Shown here: positions 1 to 10,088 of the stretch, piece after piece
Layout of the letters: every line of letters begins with the position of its first letter
How positions within the stretch are numbered: position 1 is the first letter of the stretch
Origin: Candidatus Ozemobacteraceae bacterium
GTDB lineage: Bacteria > Muiribacteriota > Ozemobacteria > Ozemobacterales > Ozemobacteraceae
Direction of reading: 5' to 3'
Assembly: GCA_965140445.1 (NCBI GenBank)
Contig: OZ223236.1
Coordinates: 352,001-416,000 of the forward strand
Length of the DNA: 64,000 bases
Translations under genes and position numbers: made by a program
Notes under the pieces: generated by a model
What the model was told of the DNA's origin: nothing
The model's database searches: none
Seen by the model: the letters and a program-made list of their open reading frames with translations, nothing else

Positions 1-1259
1 ACTGTAATACAATATGGAGTTCCAATTTCATCCTGTCGGCGATACAACTTACCAATTCCAGCTGTATCATCATATACAGTTCTCCATCCACTTTTTCTCA
101 TAAGGCTATTTTTAATTTCTTTAGCTTTATTTCTTATTGCTTCATTGTTTTTCTTCAAAGGAAGAACAGCAACTTTAATAGGAGATAGTTCAGGATGCAG
201 TTTTAAAACTGTTCTCTGGCTTCCATTAACTTCTTCTTCACAATATGAATCCATTAAGAAAGCTAGTGTGGCTCTATCTACTCCAGCAGAGGGTTCAATA
301 ACAAACGGAAGAATGTGCTCATTATTTTCATGGTCAAAATAAGTCAGTTTATTTACAGCGTGAACATTTGGAATTTCACGGCCATCGCTTAAAACAAGTT
401 TTCCGCCTTTGGTATGGCACTGAAGATCAAAGTCAGCTCGATTTGAAATGCCTTCAACTTCGTCAAACTGCTTGCTTTCATCTTCTCTATCTGGGAAAAA
501 CTTATAAAGAAGATCAACAGTAGCTTTGGCATAATGGGCCAATTCTTCTTTTTTCTGTTCGTATTTTTTAAGGTTTTCAGGTCTTATTCCAAGATCCACA
601 TACCATTGGAAACGATCGTTAACCCATTTTTCGTGCCATTCTTCATCAGTTCCAGGTTTTACAAAGAATTCGATTTCCATTTGCTCGAATTCCCTTACTC
701 GGAAAATAAAGTTACGCGGGGTAATTTCGTTTCTGTAAGACTTACCAATCTGGGCAATCCCAAAAGGAAGCTTTCTATTGGTTGAATCCAAAACATTTTT
801 AAAGTTGATAAAAATGCCTTGAGCAGTTTCTGGTCTGAGATAGGCTATATTATTTTCATCTGCCACAGGCCCGACAGTTGTTTTAAACATCAGATTAAAA
901 GGACGTGGATCAGTTAAATCATGAGTATCGCCTTCTGGACACTTTTCTTTTGCATCAACCTGATCAGCGCGGAATCTTTTCTTACACTTACGGCAATCAA
1001 CCATTGGATCAGAAAAAGTCTCTTCATGGCCAGAATATTTAAGAACTAGGCGATTCATTAGAATGGCGCAATCAAGGCCTTCCATGTCATCTCTTTCATA
1101 TATAACTTTGCGCCACCAGGCTTTTTTCACATTGTTCTTTAATTCAACTCCAAGTGGGCCATAATCCCATGTTCCCTGAAGTCCACCATATTGATCACTG
1201 CCTTGAAAAATAAAACCGCGACGTTTACTAAGCGAGATGATTTTTTCGAGATCTACCAT
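1..1259 (-). CDS. glyQS: Glycine--tRNA ligase, alpha2 (GlyQS) type; 3' end runs off the window
   Basis: Manual translation from ATG at 1259 (RBS AGGAG): [43 protein letters not shown]...; near position 1 it reads [19 protein letters not shown] (anticodon-binding domain). Absent from the ORF track because there is no stop in the window. Confidence 0.95.
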   Translation of the reverse strand, partial: MVDLEKIISLSKRRGFIFQGSDQYGGLQGTWDYGPLGVELKNNVKKAWWRKVIYERDDMEGLDCAILMNRLVLKYSGHEETFSDPMVDCRKCKKRFRADQVDAKEKCPEGDTHDLTDPRPFNLMFKTTVGPVADENNIAYLRPETAQGIFINFKNVLDSTNRKLPFGIAQIGKSYRNEITPRNFIFRVREFEQMEIEFFVKPGTDEEWHEKWVNDRFQWYVDLGIRPENLKKYEQKKEELAHYAKATVDLLYKFFPDREDESKQFDEVEGISNRADFDLQCHTKGGKLVLSDGREIPNVHAVNKLTYFDHENNEHILPFVIEPSAGVDRATLAFLMDSYCEEEVNGSQRTVLKLHPELSPIKVAVLPLKKNNEAIRNKAKEIKNSLMRKSGWRTVYDDTAGIGKLYRRQDEIGTPYCIT

Positions 1260-1311
1260 TTTCTACTCCTGTGCGTTTGATTGCCACTCAATAAGATACT
1301 TTAGATTTGCA

Positions 1312-1340
1312 ATTATAAGGGCAATAGTCTAAAAATGCAA
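1312..1340 (-). promoter_or_regulatory. Sigma70-type promoter of glyQS
   Basis: Minus strand TTGCAT-N17-TATAAT, about 50 nt upstream of the start. Confidence 0.7.
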
Positions 1341-1648
1341 TTTAAGGCGTAGATTCAAATCCGATAATCTGTTTTAGAATGAAAAAAAAGTGATGAATTT
1401 TCGAATTATAATTTTGCCTATTGACGTTAAATATAAACATGCCTATAGATAAATATAAGAAGAGCAAATAAATTTGTTTTTCTCTTTTTTTTTGGCGAAA
1501 GTTGTTTTAAATAGCTTTCTCAGAGTTTTTTAGCCATACTTGTTTTAAACAGGCAAGGGTTCTTTAATTTTTATAATGATTTTTAGAGCGGAAATCTTCC
1601 TTACTCTCGTTTTATTCATATAATTTTTTTATAGACACTAACAAGCGC

Positions 1649-1677
1649 TTGTTTTTGTTTTTACAGCTACCTATAAT
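1649..1677 (+). promoter_or_regulatory. Sigma70-type promoter of the LOG gene, probably giving a leaderless mRNA
   Basis: TTGTTT-N17-TATAAT ending 8 nt before ATG 1686; no SD sequence. Confidence 0.5.
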
Positions 1678-1685
1678 CATTCATT

Positions 1686-2252
1686 ATGAATAAAAAAACC
1701 ACAAAACCTGTAGTATGTGTATTTTGCTCATCCAGTGTAGAAGTCCCAGAAATCGTTAAAAGCGAAGGGGCGGACTTTGCAAAACTTCTAGCCGAAAACA
1801 ATTTTGCGCTCCTTTACGGCGGAACAACCTGCGGACTGATGAAAGTTATCGCTGATGCCCACAAAGCAGCAAACGGGCATCTTATAGGCATAATTCCTGG
1901 ATATATGATTGAAAGGGGCTTGCAGCACCCAGATTTAGATGAATCTTATGCTGTAGAAGACCTTCGCCCGCGAAAACAGGAGATGCTTGATAAATCTGAT
2001 TTTATAGTCGCTCTGCCAGGTGGGATAGGGACCTACGACGAAATCTTTGATTTACTTGCGATGAGGCAACTAAAAAGGCACCACAAGCCTATGTTTCTTC
2101 TAAATACAGATAATTATTTTGAGCCCTTAATCAAGCTGCTAGAACAAGGCGTGAAGTACAACACAATAAAACCAGAACACCTTGAGTTACTAACCGTTGC
2201 TCAATCTCCAGAAGAGTTGGTAAAAAAAATATCCAGCTACAAAACCAACTAG
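1686..2252 (+). CDS. LOG family (TIGR00730) nucleotide phosphoribohydrolase
   Basis: VCVFCSSS, LLYGG..CGLM, RKQEM, LPGGIGTYDE motifs. Confidence 0.9.
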   Translation: MNKKTTKPVVCVFCSSSVEVPEIVKSEGADFAKLLAENNFALLYGGTTCGLMKVIADAHKAANGHLIGIIPGYMIERGLQHPDLDESYAVEDLRPRKQEMLDKSDFIVALPGGIGTYDEIFDLLAMRQLKRHHKPMFLLNTDNYFEPLIKLLEQGVKYNTIKPEHLELLTVAQSPEELVKKISSYKTN

Positions 2253-2719
2253 CAACTTGATTTAATCAAGCTTTTTAAGGTTTCTTCAATTTCTAAATAA
2301 TCTTCTTCTTTTAGATCCGGTCTTTGCGGATACTTCAGAAGAAGATTTTTATTTTTAGAGTTAGCTGGTTCATCGCCAAGCAGGAGAGTGGGGTAATCAT
2401 ACTCACGCGCTCCTTCCACAATTATCAAGTCACATCGCGCAGAAAGAAATTCAATGGCTTCTTCGAGTAAAAGAGCGCTATCTTTAATAAAAATCTCTGT
2501 TGATTCTTTTCCTATACCGATAGTAGCAACTGCACCTGAATCTATGTGTCTACCAGTATCCTTATTGTTGTAAAAAAAATCCAGCTTTTGACGGGTGTGC
2601 TTTATAGTAGCTATTTTCCAGTTCTTCATCCAGGAAATTACACTGTTAATAAATGTTGTTTTTCCCGATCCGGAGCTACCAAGAACTCTAACAACTGGTT
2701 TTTCTAGATTGTTGATCAA
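2249..2719 (-). CDS. mobB: Molybdopterin-guanine dinucleotide biosynthesis protein B
   Basis: Walker A GSSGSGKTT, IKH, KDT..H..SGA, DLIIVEG; directly downstream of moaC. Confidence 0.8.
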   Translation of the reverse strand: MINNLEKPVVRVLGSSGSGKTTFINSVISWMKNWKIATIKHTRQKLDFFYNNKDTGRHIDSGAVATIGIGKESTEIFIKDSALLLEEAIEFLSARCDLIIVEGAREYDYPTLLLGDEPANSKNKNLLLKYPQRPDLKEEDYLEIEETLKSLIKSSC

Positions 2720-2734
2720 AGGAAAACTCCTCTA

Positions 2735-3661
2735 TCAAATCTTAACTGTTATAAAGCTATCGCCAGTTTTCAGACTGCCTTCGGTTAAAATAATGGTAAA
2801 AATTCCTTCTCTGGGCATAACACAATCCCCAGCTTTGTAATAAACAGCGCATTTTGTATGACATTCTTTACCTATCTGAGTAACCTGCATTATAACGCCT
2901 GGACCTGCATACATAAGAGTGCCGACAGGCAGTTCATAAAGACAAACTCCAGAAGTAGCAATGTTTTCTGCAAAAGAACCAAAATCCACCGTTAAACCCT
3001 GCGCCTTCATCTTATCAATGCTTTCCACACCAAGCATTGAAACCTGCCTGTGCCAATCACCGCCATGAGCATCATTTTCCATTCCGAATGCTACTTTAAA
3101 ATATGCTTCATCAATGGGATCTTTAGGAACACCTTTGGTTTTGCTTATAGCAAACTTTTCAATCTTGCCTATCTCTGAACCCTCAGCAAGCCAATCCCCA
3201 CTCTTTCCGCCAATTTTTCGAATTAACTTTACGGTTTCAACCTTAGCAGATTTACTAACTCCCTTAACCATGTCATACATATTCATCAAAGCAGTAGTTG
3301 CCCCAACCATTGCTTCCATTTCAACGCCGGTTCTATCTGTGGCCTCAGCAGTTACAAATACGCCAATTCTTTCTTTATCAATCGGAAACAAATCAACTTT
3401 GACGGAATCAAGTCTTATGGGGTGAGTCAAAGGTATGAAATCAGAAGTCTTTTTTGCTGCCATTACTGCAGCAACTCGTGAAGCTGCCCATGCATCGCCT
3501 TTTTTTAGAGAGCCATCTACAAGAAGCTGCATTGCTTCTTCTCCAACTAACATCTGACCGAAAGCCACAGCAACTCGATGAGTCATTGGCTTTCCACCAA
3601 CATTAACCATCTTTATATTGCCGTCCCTTCCCTGGTGCGTAAGAGTATTCATTTCAGACAT
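2735..3661 (-). CDS. moaC: Cyclic pyranopterin monophosphate synthase MoaC fused to a C-terminal MOSC domain
   Basis: MVNVGGK, KKGD, AAKKTSDFIPLTHP, TGVEMEA, YDMVK, KIGGKSG (MoaC); DAHGGDWHRQVS, FAENI, QIGKECH...CVMPREG (MOSC). Confidence 0.9.
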   Translation of the reverse strand: MSEMNTLTHQGRDGNIKMVNVGGKPMTHRVAVAFGQMLVGEEAMQLLVDGSLKKGDAWAASRVAAVMAAKKTSDFIPLTHPIRLDSVKVDLFPIDKERIGVFVTAEATDRTGVEMEAMVGATTALMNMYDMVKGVSKSAKVETVKLIRKIGGKSGDWLAEGSEIGKIEKFAISKTKGVPKDPIDEAYFKVAFGMENDAHGGDWHRQVSMLGVESIDKMKAQGLTVDFGSFAENIATSGVCLYELPVGTLMYAGPGVIMQVTQIGKECHTKCAVYYKAGDCVMPREGIFTIILTEGSLKTGDSFITVKI

Positions 3662-3784
3662 AGTTGCAGGCCTCCAAAATCGTTTTCATGATTCAAGATA
3701 ACATATTTAAAATAATTGGTTAAGAATTTGTATGTCGTTGATCATATGCGAACAAAATTAAAAAAGTAGTTTGTGGGTATAAGA

Positions 3785-3814
3785 AAAGCGGTCGGGCCTA
3801 AGCCCGACCGCTTT
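3785..3814 (-). terminator. Intrinsic terminator of the SLH porin gene
   Basis: Perfect inverted repeat AAAGCGGTCGGGC/GCCCGACCGCTTT followed by a T-rich tract on the minus strand. Confidence 0.85.
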
Positions 3815-3842
3815 AATTGTGCGATTTATCTACGAGTTCAAA

Positions 3843-5783
3843 TTAGAACTGGCTGTAGATTTCTGCCCAGAACATGTTGTAGTCATAGTCTGCGTTGAGA
3901 CCACGGCCAGCACTGATTTTCTGAGTAGCGCCGATAGCTTTCTGTGCATTTCCAGTAAGATCGAACTGAGTGTAACCAACTCTGATCTTAGTGTTTTCTG
4001 CAAGCTGATAGCGATATTCAAAAGTGATAACCATAGCTTCTGCATCTGCAACACCGAGGTTGTTCCAAGAATCATAAGCAGTGTTAGTTTTAACAGCTGG
4101 AACAGCAGCGTTAGTGAGACCAGCACCAGCGATGTGACGAGTCATATCGTTAACAGCTGAATCTTTCATTTCGTCCATCCAGTCGCCTGCAAGTCTGAAA
4201 TAATGTTTGCTGTTTCTTGGTCTGTATTCTGCCTGGAGTTTAAGATCATACATGTTAGTAAGACCATTGCGGAAGTATACGTTACCACGGCTGATATCTT
4301 CATAAGGAGTTTCGATACCATCCTGATATCTCTGATCGTTATCAAGAGCATATCCACCGATTGATTCGTCATCAGCAAAAGTGTAGCTAAGTTTTGCAGC
4401 CCACTCACGTTTGCTATCCCATTTTACTGCAGCGTGACCCATCCAACCTTTAAGGTCTGGAGAAATCCAAGGGTTAGCAGCTGTAGCAGCAGTGTTTACT
4501 ACGTCAAGTTCATAGTTAGTGTATACGAAACCAAGGTCATAATCCCAATGTCCGTTAGCACCGATTGGGCCTTTTGAACCGAATTCTACGTCCCAACGTT
4601 TGTCGCTGCTCTGAGTTCCAGCTGCAAGAGGAGTAGCTGAGTTTACAACTGCACCATTAGTAGCCATGAAAGGAGCTGTAGCGGCTGCGAAGAGAGGAGT
4701 AATTCTTCTCTGAGCGAGGAGGTTTGGTTCATCCTGCATGTAGAAGTTCAAATAGAGATCGTGGTCTCTGTATTTTGTAGCAAGGTTCATGTTCCATACG
4801 TTGCGGAAATCAACTGCTGCGTTATCTTTGTAGTTACCAACGTGTCTATCATAGATAGCCTGGAATACTACGTCGATGTCGCCACTTCTTTTGTAATATC
4901 TGATAGCGTCAACATAGTCATTAAGGAGCATGCCATGACCAGCTGTGTAGAAGTTTCTACCGAAAGTGAAGTCGCCACCGAAACGGAACATATCTTTGAT
5001 ATGTAAGTAAGCAAGGTCAACAACTCTGTCAGTTACAGTGTTAACACCGATTCCAGCAGAACCGAAAGCGCCGCCCATTGCAGACTGGCCACCGTTAACG
5101 TTGTCGAGATTTTTTGCGAAGAGACTCCAGCGAGCTACTGCAGTGATGTTTTCATCAATGTGAGCTTTGAACTTGAATCTGATCTGGCTTTCTGTGAGAG
5201 AGTTGTTGCTGTTACCAGCGTTAACTCTTGCAGTTGCTGGAGCTCCGGCTACGCCGAATCCAAAAGGAACGTTCCAGTCATTTTTATGAGTAAGGCTAGT
5301 ATGTCTTACAAGCATATCGCCTGAAAGTTTTACTTTTTCCATTCCGCCCTTAGCCATGTAATCTTTGATTCCTTCTACGTCTCTCTTGAGCATAGAAACA
5401 TCTTCTTTTACAACCTGCATATCGTCTTCGAGAGCAGTTACTTTCACGCCGAGGAGTGCAAGTTCGTCTGCGAATTCAACAGTAAGTTTTTCAAGAGTCT
5501 GGAGGTCAGACTTAGTTACAAGGTTAGTGCCGATACCAGATTCCATCATCTGTTCAACATTAGCGAGCATTTTAGCTGTGATCATAGCAAGAGCATAACG
5601 AGTTACAGCTTTGCGGCCTTTGAATGTTCCATCAGGGAAGCCCTGAAGAATGCCTTTAGCGGCAAGTTTGTTTACTGCATCATATGCCCAGTGTGAGAAA
5701 GGTACATCTGAAAAAGGATTAGCGGAAGCAGCTATAGTTGTAAGAAGCATAGCAGCTACGAGAAGGATTGATAGACGTTTCAT
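3843..5783 (-). CDS. OmpM/SomA-like major outer-membrane protein: signal peptide, SLH domain, coiled coil, beta-barrel
   Basis: Start moved to ATG 5783 (MKRLSILLVAAMLL signal peptide, AAGGGG RBS); SLH motif FSDVPFSHWAYDAVNKLAAKGILQGFPDGTFKG..TRY; LEKLTVEFADEL coiled coil; amphipathic beta strands; C-terminal Phe (EIYSQF). Confidence 0.85.
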   Translation of the reverse strand: MKRLSILLVAAMLLTTIAASANPFSDVPFSHWAYDAVNKLAAKGILQGFPDGTFKGRKAVTRYALAMITAKMLANVEQMMESGIGTNLVTKSDLQTLEKLTVEFADELALLGVKVTALEDDMQVVKEDVSMLKRDVEGIKDYMAKGGMEKVKLSGDMLVRHTSLTHKNDWNVPFGFGVAGAPATARVNAGNSNNSLTESQIRFKFKAHIDENITAVARWSLFAKNLDNVNGGQSAMGGAFGSAGIGVNTVTDRVVDLAYLHIKDMFRFGGDFTFGRNFYTAGHGMLLNDYVDAIRYYKRSGDIDVVFQAIYDRHVGNYKDNAAVDFRNVWNMNLATKYRDHDLYLNFYMQDEPNLLAQRRITPLFAAATAPFMATNGAVVNSATPLAAGTQSSDKRWDVEFGSKGPIGANGHWDYDLGFVYTNYELDVVNTAATAANPWISPDLKGWMGHAAVKWDSKREWAAKLSYTFADDESIGGYALDNDQRYQDGIETPYEDISRGNVYFRNGLTNMYDLKLQAEYRPRNSKHYFRLAGDWMDEMKDSAVNDMTRHIAGAGLTNAAVPAVKTNTAYDSWNNLGVADAEAMVITFEYRYQLAENTKIRVGYTQFDLTGNAQKAIGATQKISAGRGLNADYDYNMFWAEIYSQF

Positions 5784-6041
5784 AAATATTCCCCTTATAG
5801 GTTTTTTAATTAAAATTCGAGTCGGGGTTCGTCCATACTTTTGATTTCTTCCTACTTCTTGTCCGCCGTTTTCACTGAAGTATCCATGTTGCCTTTTCGT
5901 GTCTACGGTTAACATTTTTCGGTTTCAACCAGGTTCTGGTTTTCGCCCCTCTAAGTCTTAAGGCTTACGCTTTCAGGCTACCTACTTGAGTTACACCCCC
6001 TTTTTTGACACCTGCAAGGTAGTTTTGGCCTAAGGCTCAGT
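5784..6041 (-). ncRNA. Candidate structured 5' leader (~260 nt) of the SLH porin mRNA
   Basis: Lies between a strong promoter and the RBS; several hairpins (CTACCT/AGGTAG, AACCAG/CTGGTT, ATGTT/AACAT, TACTTC/GAAGTA); no riboswitch family recognised. Confidence 0.4.
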
Positions 6042-6047
6042 TGCAAA

Positions 6048-6076
6048 AGTATATGCATGAGAAAAGAAATCGTCAA
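6048..6076 (-). promoter_or_regulatory. Strong sigma70-type promoter of the SLH porin
   Basis: Minus strand TTGACG-N17-TATACT with an AT-rich upstream element. Confidence 0.8.
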
Positions 6077-6208
6077 GTGATTTTTTCAAAAAAAAATTCA
6101 AATTCCTATTTTTTCCTTTTACATGCCTTTTGACAGCGGATTTTATTTTTTAACAAAATCTAATCCGCAAATCTTTTTCGGACTTTTCTTTTCAATTTTT
6201 AACGATAA

Positions 6209-6658
6209 TTAATCTTTTTCTACAAGATTCTGTTCGATTAAATATTTTTCGCCTATTAGCCAGGCAGCATAATCATCAATAGGACAGGGTGGAAGCTGCA
6301 GGCCAATCGGAACAATTTTCCAAAATCCGGTAGGAGGATTTTCAATAAAATATCTCTCCCGAGCCTTATAAGTCGTGTTTTTCTCTTCTGCAAATCTTAC
6401 AGGAGGCTCCAGATCTTGATCATTATATAGTCTACAAAGCACTGCTGCGGCCGTTCCATTTCCCATTATTACGGCCTCTGGGGCAGGCGACATTTCGCAA
6501 AATTTCTTAAACACACGATGCATTTCAGAAACATAGGCAATCCCCATCTCGCCATGACTAAGATCATAATACACAACTGCGTAGCCAACTTTATCAGAAC
6601 CAGGATCTATAGCTAGTATCCATTTTTTTGAATGCTTTTCTGTTTGTGTTTTTTCCAT
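6209..6658 (-). CDS. YqgF/RuvX-like RNase H-fold protein
   Basis: ILAIDPGSDKVGYAV, MGNGT, EEKNTT, PIDDYAA. Confidence 0.7.
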   Translation of the reverse strand: MEKTQTEKHSKKWILAIDPGSDKVGYAVVYYDLSHGEMGIAYVSEMHRVFKKFCEMSPAPEAVIMGNGTAAAVLCRLYNDQDLEPPVRFAEEKNTTYKARERYFIENPPTGFWKIVPIGLQLPPCPIDDYAAWLIGEKYLIEQNLVEKD

Positions 6659-6740
6659 GACTGTGAATTTAATACATTTTTCAGCTTTTTAAAATAGTGC
6701 TTTTACCATTTCAAATAAAATCTACTTTGCTTAAGATTCT

Positions 6741-8006
6741 CTATGGGAGCTTTGCAATTTGCTCTAAGTTCAAATCCGAAAGTCTCACAGGAGAATAACC
6801 TCTTTCTCTTATAATTCCCAAGATTCTGGGAAGAGCATTTGCTCCATTTTTACTACCAACATGCATTAATATTACAGAACCTGATTTCAGTTTTGTTGAG
6901 ACCCGGGATATTATCTTTTCAACCGAATCTTCCCGCCAGTCAATTGTGTCTATGTTCCAGTAAACAGGTCTATACCCAAGTTCTTCAGCAAATTGCTCGA
7001 CTTTTAAATTCTGGTGTCCAAATGGAAATCTGAAAAATGGAGCCCCCTTTTGGCCAAGAACCTTTTTAAATACATTTTCTGCGGCCTCGATTTCGGCAGC
7101 GATCTTTTGCTTGCTCCAGTTTTTCATGTCTTTGTGATTCATACTGTGATTCGCAATTTCATGCCCAAGCAATAAGAGTCTTTTTGCCTTCTCTGGGTAA
7201 TTTTCTACAAATTTTCCCGTGAGGAAAAATGTCGATTTCACACCAAATTCTGAGAGCGTTTTTACAATGGATTCAAACCCACCATCTTCAGCGCCACCAT
7301 CAAATGTTAAAAAGACCTGCCCACTTTTTTTAAAAAAAGTAGAACCAGGTTTGCTTTTCTCAGTATTTATTTTCGGCAAGACCTCTATGGATTTAATTTT
7401 CTTTTTGTCTTGAACGATCTTTTTGACAATCTTTTTATTGTCTTGCGGGAACATCTGCCTCTCTATATAGGGAGAAGAGTCAGATGGGGTAGGAATCTTG
7501 ATTGGGGATTTAAAAACTAATTCTTCTCTTTTAACACTTCTGCTTCTTTCTGAAAGCGCGCGCAACCCTATTTCAAAATCAGGTTTTAGCTGGAGAGACT
7601 TTTTTAACGCCCAAATCTGATCTTTCTTCTGGCCAAATCTGCCATACAGCAAAGAGATGTTGTAGTAAGTCCAATAGGTTGGTTGGATTTTGATTGATGC
7701 TTCATACCACTTGAAGGCCAATCTATCCTGGCCAAGTCTTTGTAATGCGCTACCAATATTATTATAGAGATGTACATTTTGTGGATTATATTCAATGGCA
7801 CTTCGCCAAATTCTTATAGCGCCAATCAAATCGTTACTTCTAGCTTTTTCTATACCAATAGAATTTAATTGGGCACTCTTAATTTGCCTCGCATCAAAAG
7901 TTGTAGTTGCCGAAAACAAGAACTGGCAACAGGCCAAAAAAATGCCTGCTGCCAGAATTCGTTTAAAAATAAACTTAAGCTTTTTCTGCGACTGGTTTTT
8001 TACCAA
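6741..8006 (-). CDS. TPR-containing polysaccharide deacetylase (NodB/CE4)
   Basis: N-terminal signal/TM, TPRs (YNNIGSAL), LTFDGG, TFFLTG, HEIANHSMNH, FRFPFG, DTIDW, ILMH. Confidence 0.85.
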   Translation of the reverse strand: MVKNQSQKKLKFIFKRILAAGIFLACCQFLFSATTTFDARQIKSAQLNSIGIEKARSNDLIGAIRIWRSAIEYNPQNVHLYNNIGSALQRLGQDRLAFKWYEASIKIQPTYWTYYNISLLYGRFGQKKDQIWALKKSLQLKPDFEIGLRALSERSRSVKREELVFKSPIKIPTPSDSSPYIERQMFPQDNKKIVKKIVQDKKKIKSIEVLPKINTEKSKPGSTFFKKSGQVFLTFDGGAEDGGFESIVKTLSEFGVKSTFFLTGKFVENYPEKAKRLLLLGHEIANHSMNHKDMKNWSKQKIAAEIEAAENVFKKVLGQKGAPFFRFPFGHQNLKVEQFAEELGYRPVYWNIDTIDWREDSVEKIISRVSTKLKSGSVILMHVGSKNGANALPRILGIIRERGYSPVRLSDLNLEQIAKLP

Positions 8007-9810
8007 CTCTAACAGGATCCTTTTTCCTTATTCTTACGAAATCAGGAGTAATTTCAACCCATTCATCATCGGCAACATATTCAAGAGCCTGATCCAATGT
8101 CATTCTTCTTGGGGCATGAATCTTTTCCAATTCTTCAGATGTCGCCGATCGGTGATTTGTAACGTGACGTTTTTTAACGATATTAACCTTTAAGTCACCG
8201 GCCAGTGGCCTCTCACCAACTACTAATCCTTCATAAACTTCTTCTGCTGGTCCATAGAACAAAGTCCCACGCTCTGAAAGGTTCTTTATGGCATAAGTGG
8301 TAGTAACTCCACCTTCTGTTGCAACCATAACACCATTGCGTCCGCCAGGAATTTCACCTCTGAAAGGTTCATACGCTTTAAAACATTGATTCATTATTCC
8401 GGTACCGTTGGTCATAGTAAGAAACATAGACCTGAATCCAAGAAGGCCTCTGGCAGGAACACTGAAAATTAGTCTCAGATATCCATCAGCGAGTCTCTTG
8501 GTACTTTCAAGTAAAGCGCGTCTTGGACCTAGAACTTCCATTACGATTCCCATGTAGTTCTCAGGAACATCTACAGCTAGTTCTTCTATTGGCTCAACAG
8601 TTTTTCCATTTTCGTCTTGCTTGAAAATGGCCATTGGCTTACTCACCTGTAGTTCATAACCTTCTCTTCTCATTGTTTCTACGAGAATTCCAAGATGCAA
8701 TTCGCCGCGACCAGAAACAAGGAAAGTATCTCGTTCCTGAGTTTCTTCAACTCTCATTGCAACGTTTGTTTCAAGTTCTCTATCAAGTCTGGCCCTAATT
8801 TGTCTAGCAGTAAGAAATTTTCCAGATCTCCCGGAAAATGGGCTGGTGTTTGGCGCAAAAGTCATTGAAATAACAGGCTGATCAACAGAGATAACTGGAA
8901 GAGCTTCGCAAGGCTCAATACTAACCGTATCGCCAATTGAAATATCAGCAAGACCACAAATTGCAGCAACATCGCCAGCTCCAACATCTTCAACTTCTAC
9001 CCTCTGAATTCCCTTGAAAGAATACAGTTTCAAAATCTTTTGTTTTTGAGGCTCAATATCTGGATTAATGCGATAAACTTCACTTTTAGCTTTCAATGTT
9101 CCGCTAATAATACGGCCCACACCAATTCTACCAACGTAGTCGCTGTAATCCAAGCTCGTTACAAGCATTTTTCCTGGACCTTCCAAGGAAGCGTCTGGTG
9201 GCGGAACCTGCTTGATAATTTCTTCAAGAAGAGGTTTTATACCTTCTCTTTCATCATCAAGATATCTAACTGCATAGCCTTCTCTTCCCGAGGCAAATAA
9301 AACCGGATAATCCAACAAACTGTCGTCAGCTCCAACATCAATAAACAGATCTAATACTTCGTCTGCTACTTCGTCTATCCTGGCGTCAGGTCGGTCTATT
9401 TTATTAATAACAACAACTGGTTTCAAACCAGCTGCTAAAGCTTTTTTCAGCACAAAACGAGTTTGTGGCATTGGTCCTTCAAAAGCATCAACAAGTAGCA
9501 AACATCCGTTTGCCATCTGCAATACACGCTCAACTTCACCGCCGAAATCCACGTGACCTGGCGTGTCGACCAAATTGATTCGATAATCCATAAATTCCAA
9601 AGACAGGTTTTTGGATAAAATGGTAATCCCTCTTTCCCGTTCCAGATCATTATTATCCATGAATCTTTCTTCCATTTTCTGGTTATCTCTGAAAAGACCG
9701 GATTGCTTAATCATTGCATCAACCAAAGTGGTTTTGCCATGATCAACATGGGCAATAATAGCTACGTTGCGAATAAGTGAAGGATCTTTGATTTGTCTGA
9801 CTGCTGCCAC
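7975..9810 (-). CDS. typA: Translational GTPase TypA/BipA
   Basis: IAHVDHGKTT, RERGITI, DTPGH, NKID, SGRGELHL. Confidence 0.97.
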   Translation of the reverse strand: MAAVRQIKDPSLIRNVAIIAHVDHGKTTLVDAMIKQSGLFRDNQKMEERFMDNNDLERERGITILSKNLSLEFMDYRINLVDTPGHVDFGGEVERVLQMANGCLLLVDAFEGPMPQTRFVLKKALAAGLKPVVVINKIDRPDARIDEVADEVLDLFIDVGADDSLLDYPVLFASGREGYAVRYLDDEREGIKPLLEEIIKQVPPPDASLEGPGKMLVTSLDYSDYVGRIGVGRIISGTLKAKSEVYRINPDIEPQKQKILKLYSFKGIQRVEVEDVGAGDVAAICGLADISIGDTVSIEPCEALPVISVDQPVISMTFAPNTSPFSGRSGKFLTARQIRARLDRELETNVAMRVEETQERDTFLVSGRGELHLGILVETMRREGYELQVSKPMAIFKQDENGKTVEPIEELAVDVPENYMGIVMEVLGPRRALLESTKRLADGYLRLIFSVPARGLLGFRSMFLTMTNGTGIMNQCFKAYEPFRGEIPGGRNGVMVATEGGVTTTYAIKNLSERGTLFYGPAEEVYEGLVVGERPLAGDLKVNIVKKRHVTNHRSATSEELEKIHAPRRMTLDQALEYVADDEWVEITPDFVRIRKKDPVRVGKKPVAEKA

Positions 9811-9851
9811 TGAATAACTCCAAAACCGTACTGTATTTTATAGACGCAGGC

Positions 9852-9880
9852 AGTTTAACGGAAGCAGAGGCCACTGGCAA
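9852..9880 (-). promoter_or_regulatory. Sigma70-type promoter of typA
   Basis: Minus strand TTGCCA-N17-TAAACT. Confidence 0.6.
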
Positions 9881-10088
9881 GAACTACTTTTTTTTGGGGC
9901 TATTTATTTTTCAATTCAGTCTAACCTTTTGATTACTATTATGCTTAAAAAGTGTTTAAATTCACTGTTAATTGCTGCTTCCCAGACATTGTGATTTTTT
10001 TGTTTTGCAGCAATTTAAAAGTTCCAGGCCTTGCGGAAAATATTTCCCTGTGTACAATTAAAAAATGAATTTTACAAAGGAACCCACT

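Noticed and set aside
145..785. Two short plus-strand ORFs
   Set aside because: They lie antisense within glyQS
1260..1685. AT-rich region as a possible oriC or glyQS T-box leader
   Set aside because: No DnaA boxes or T-box motif seen, and the glyQS promoter is only about 50 nt from the start
5784..5915. 44-aa N-terminal extension of the SLH porin in the ORF track
   Set aside because: The signal peptide and RBS are at ATG 5783; the extension lies in the predicted leader
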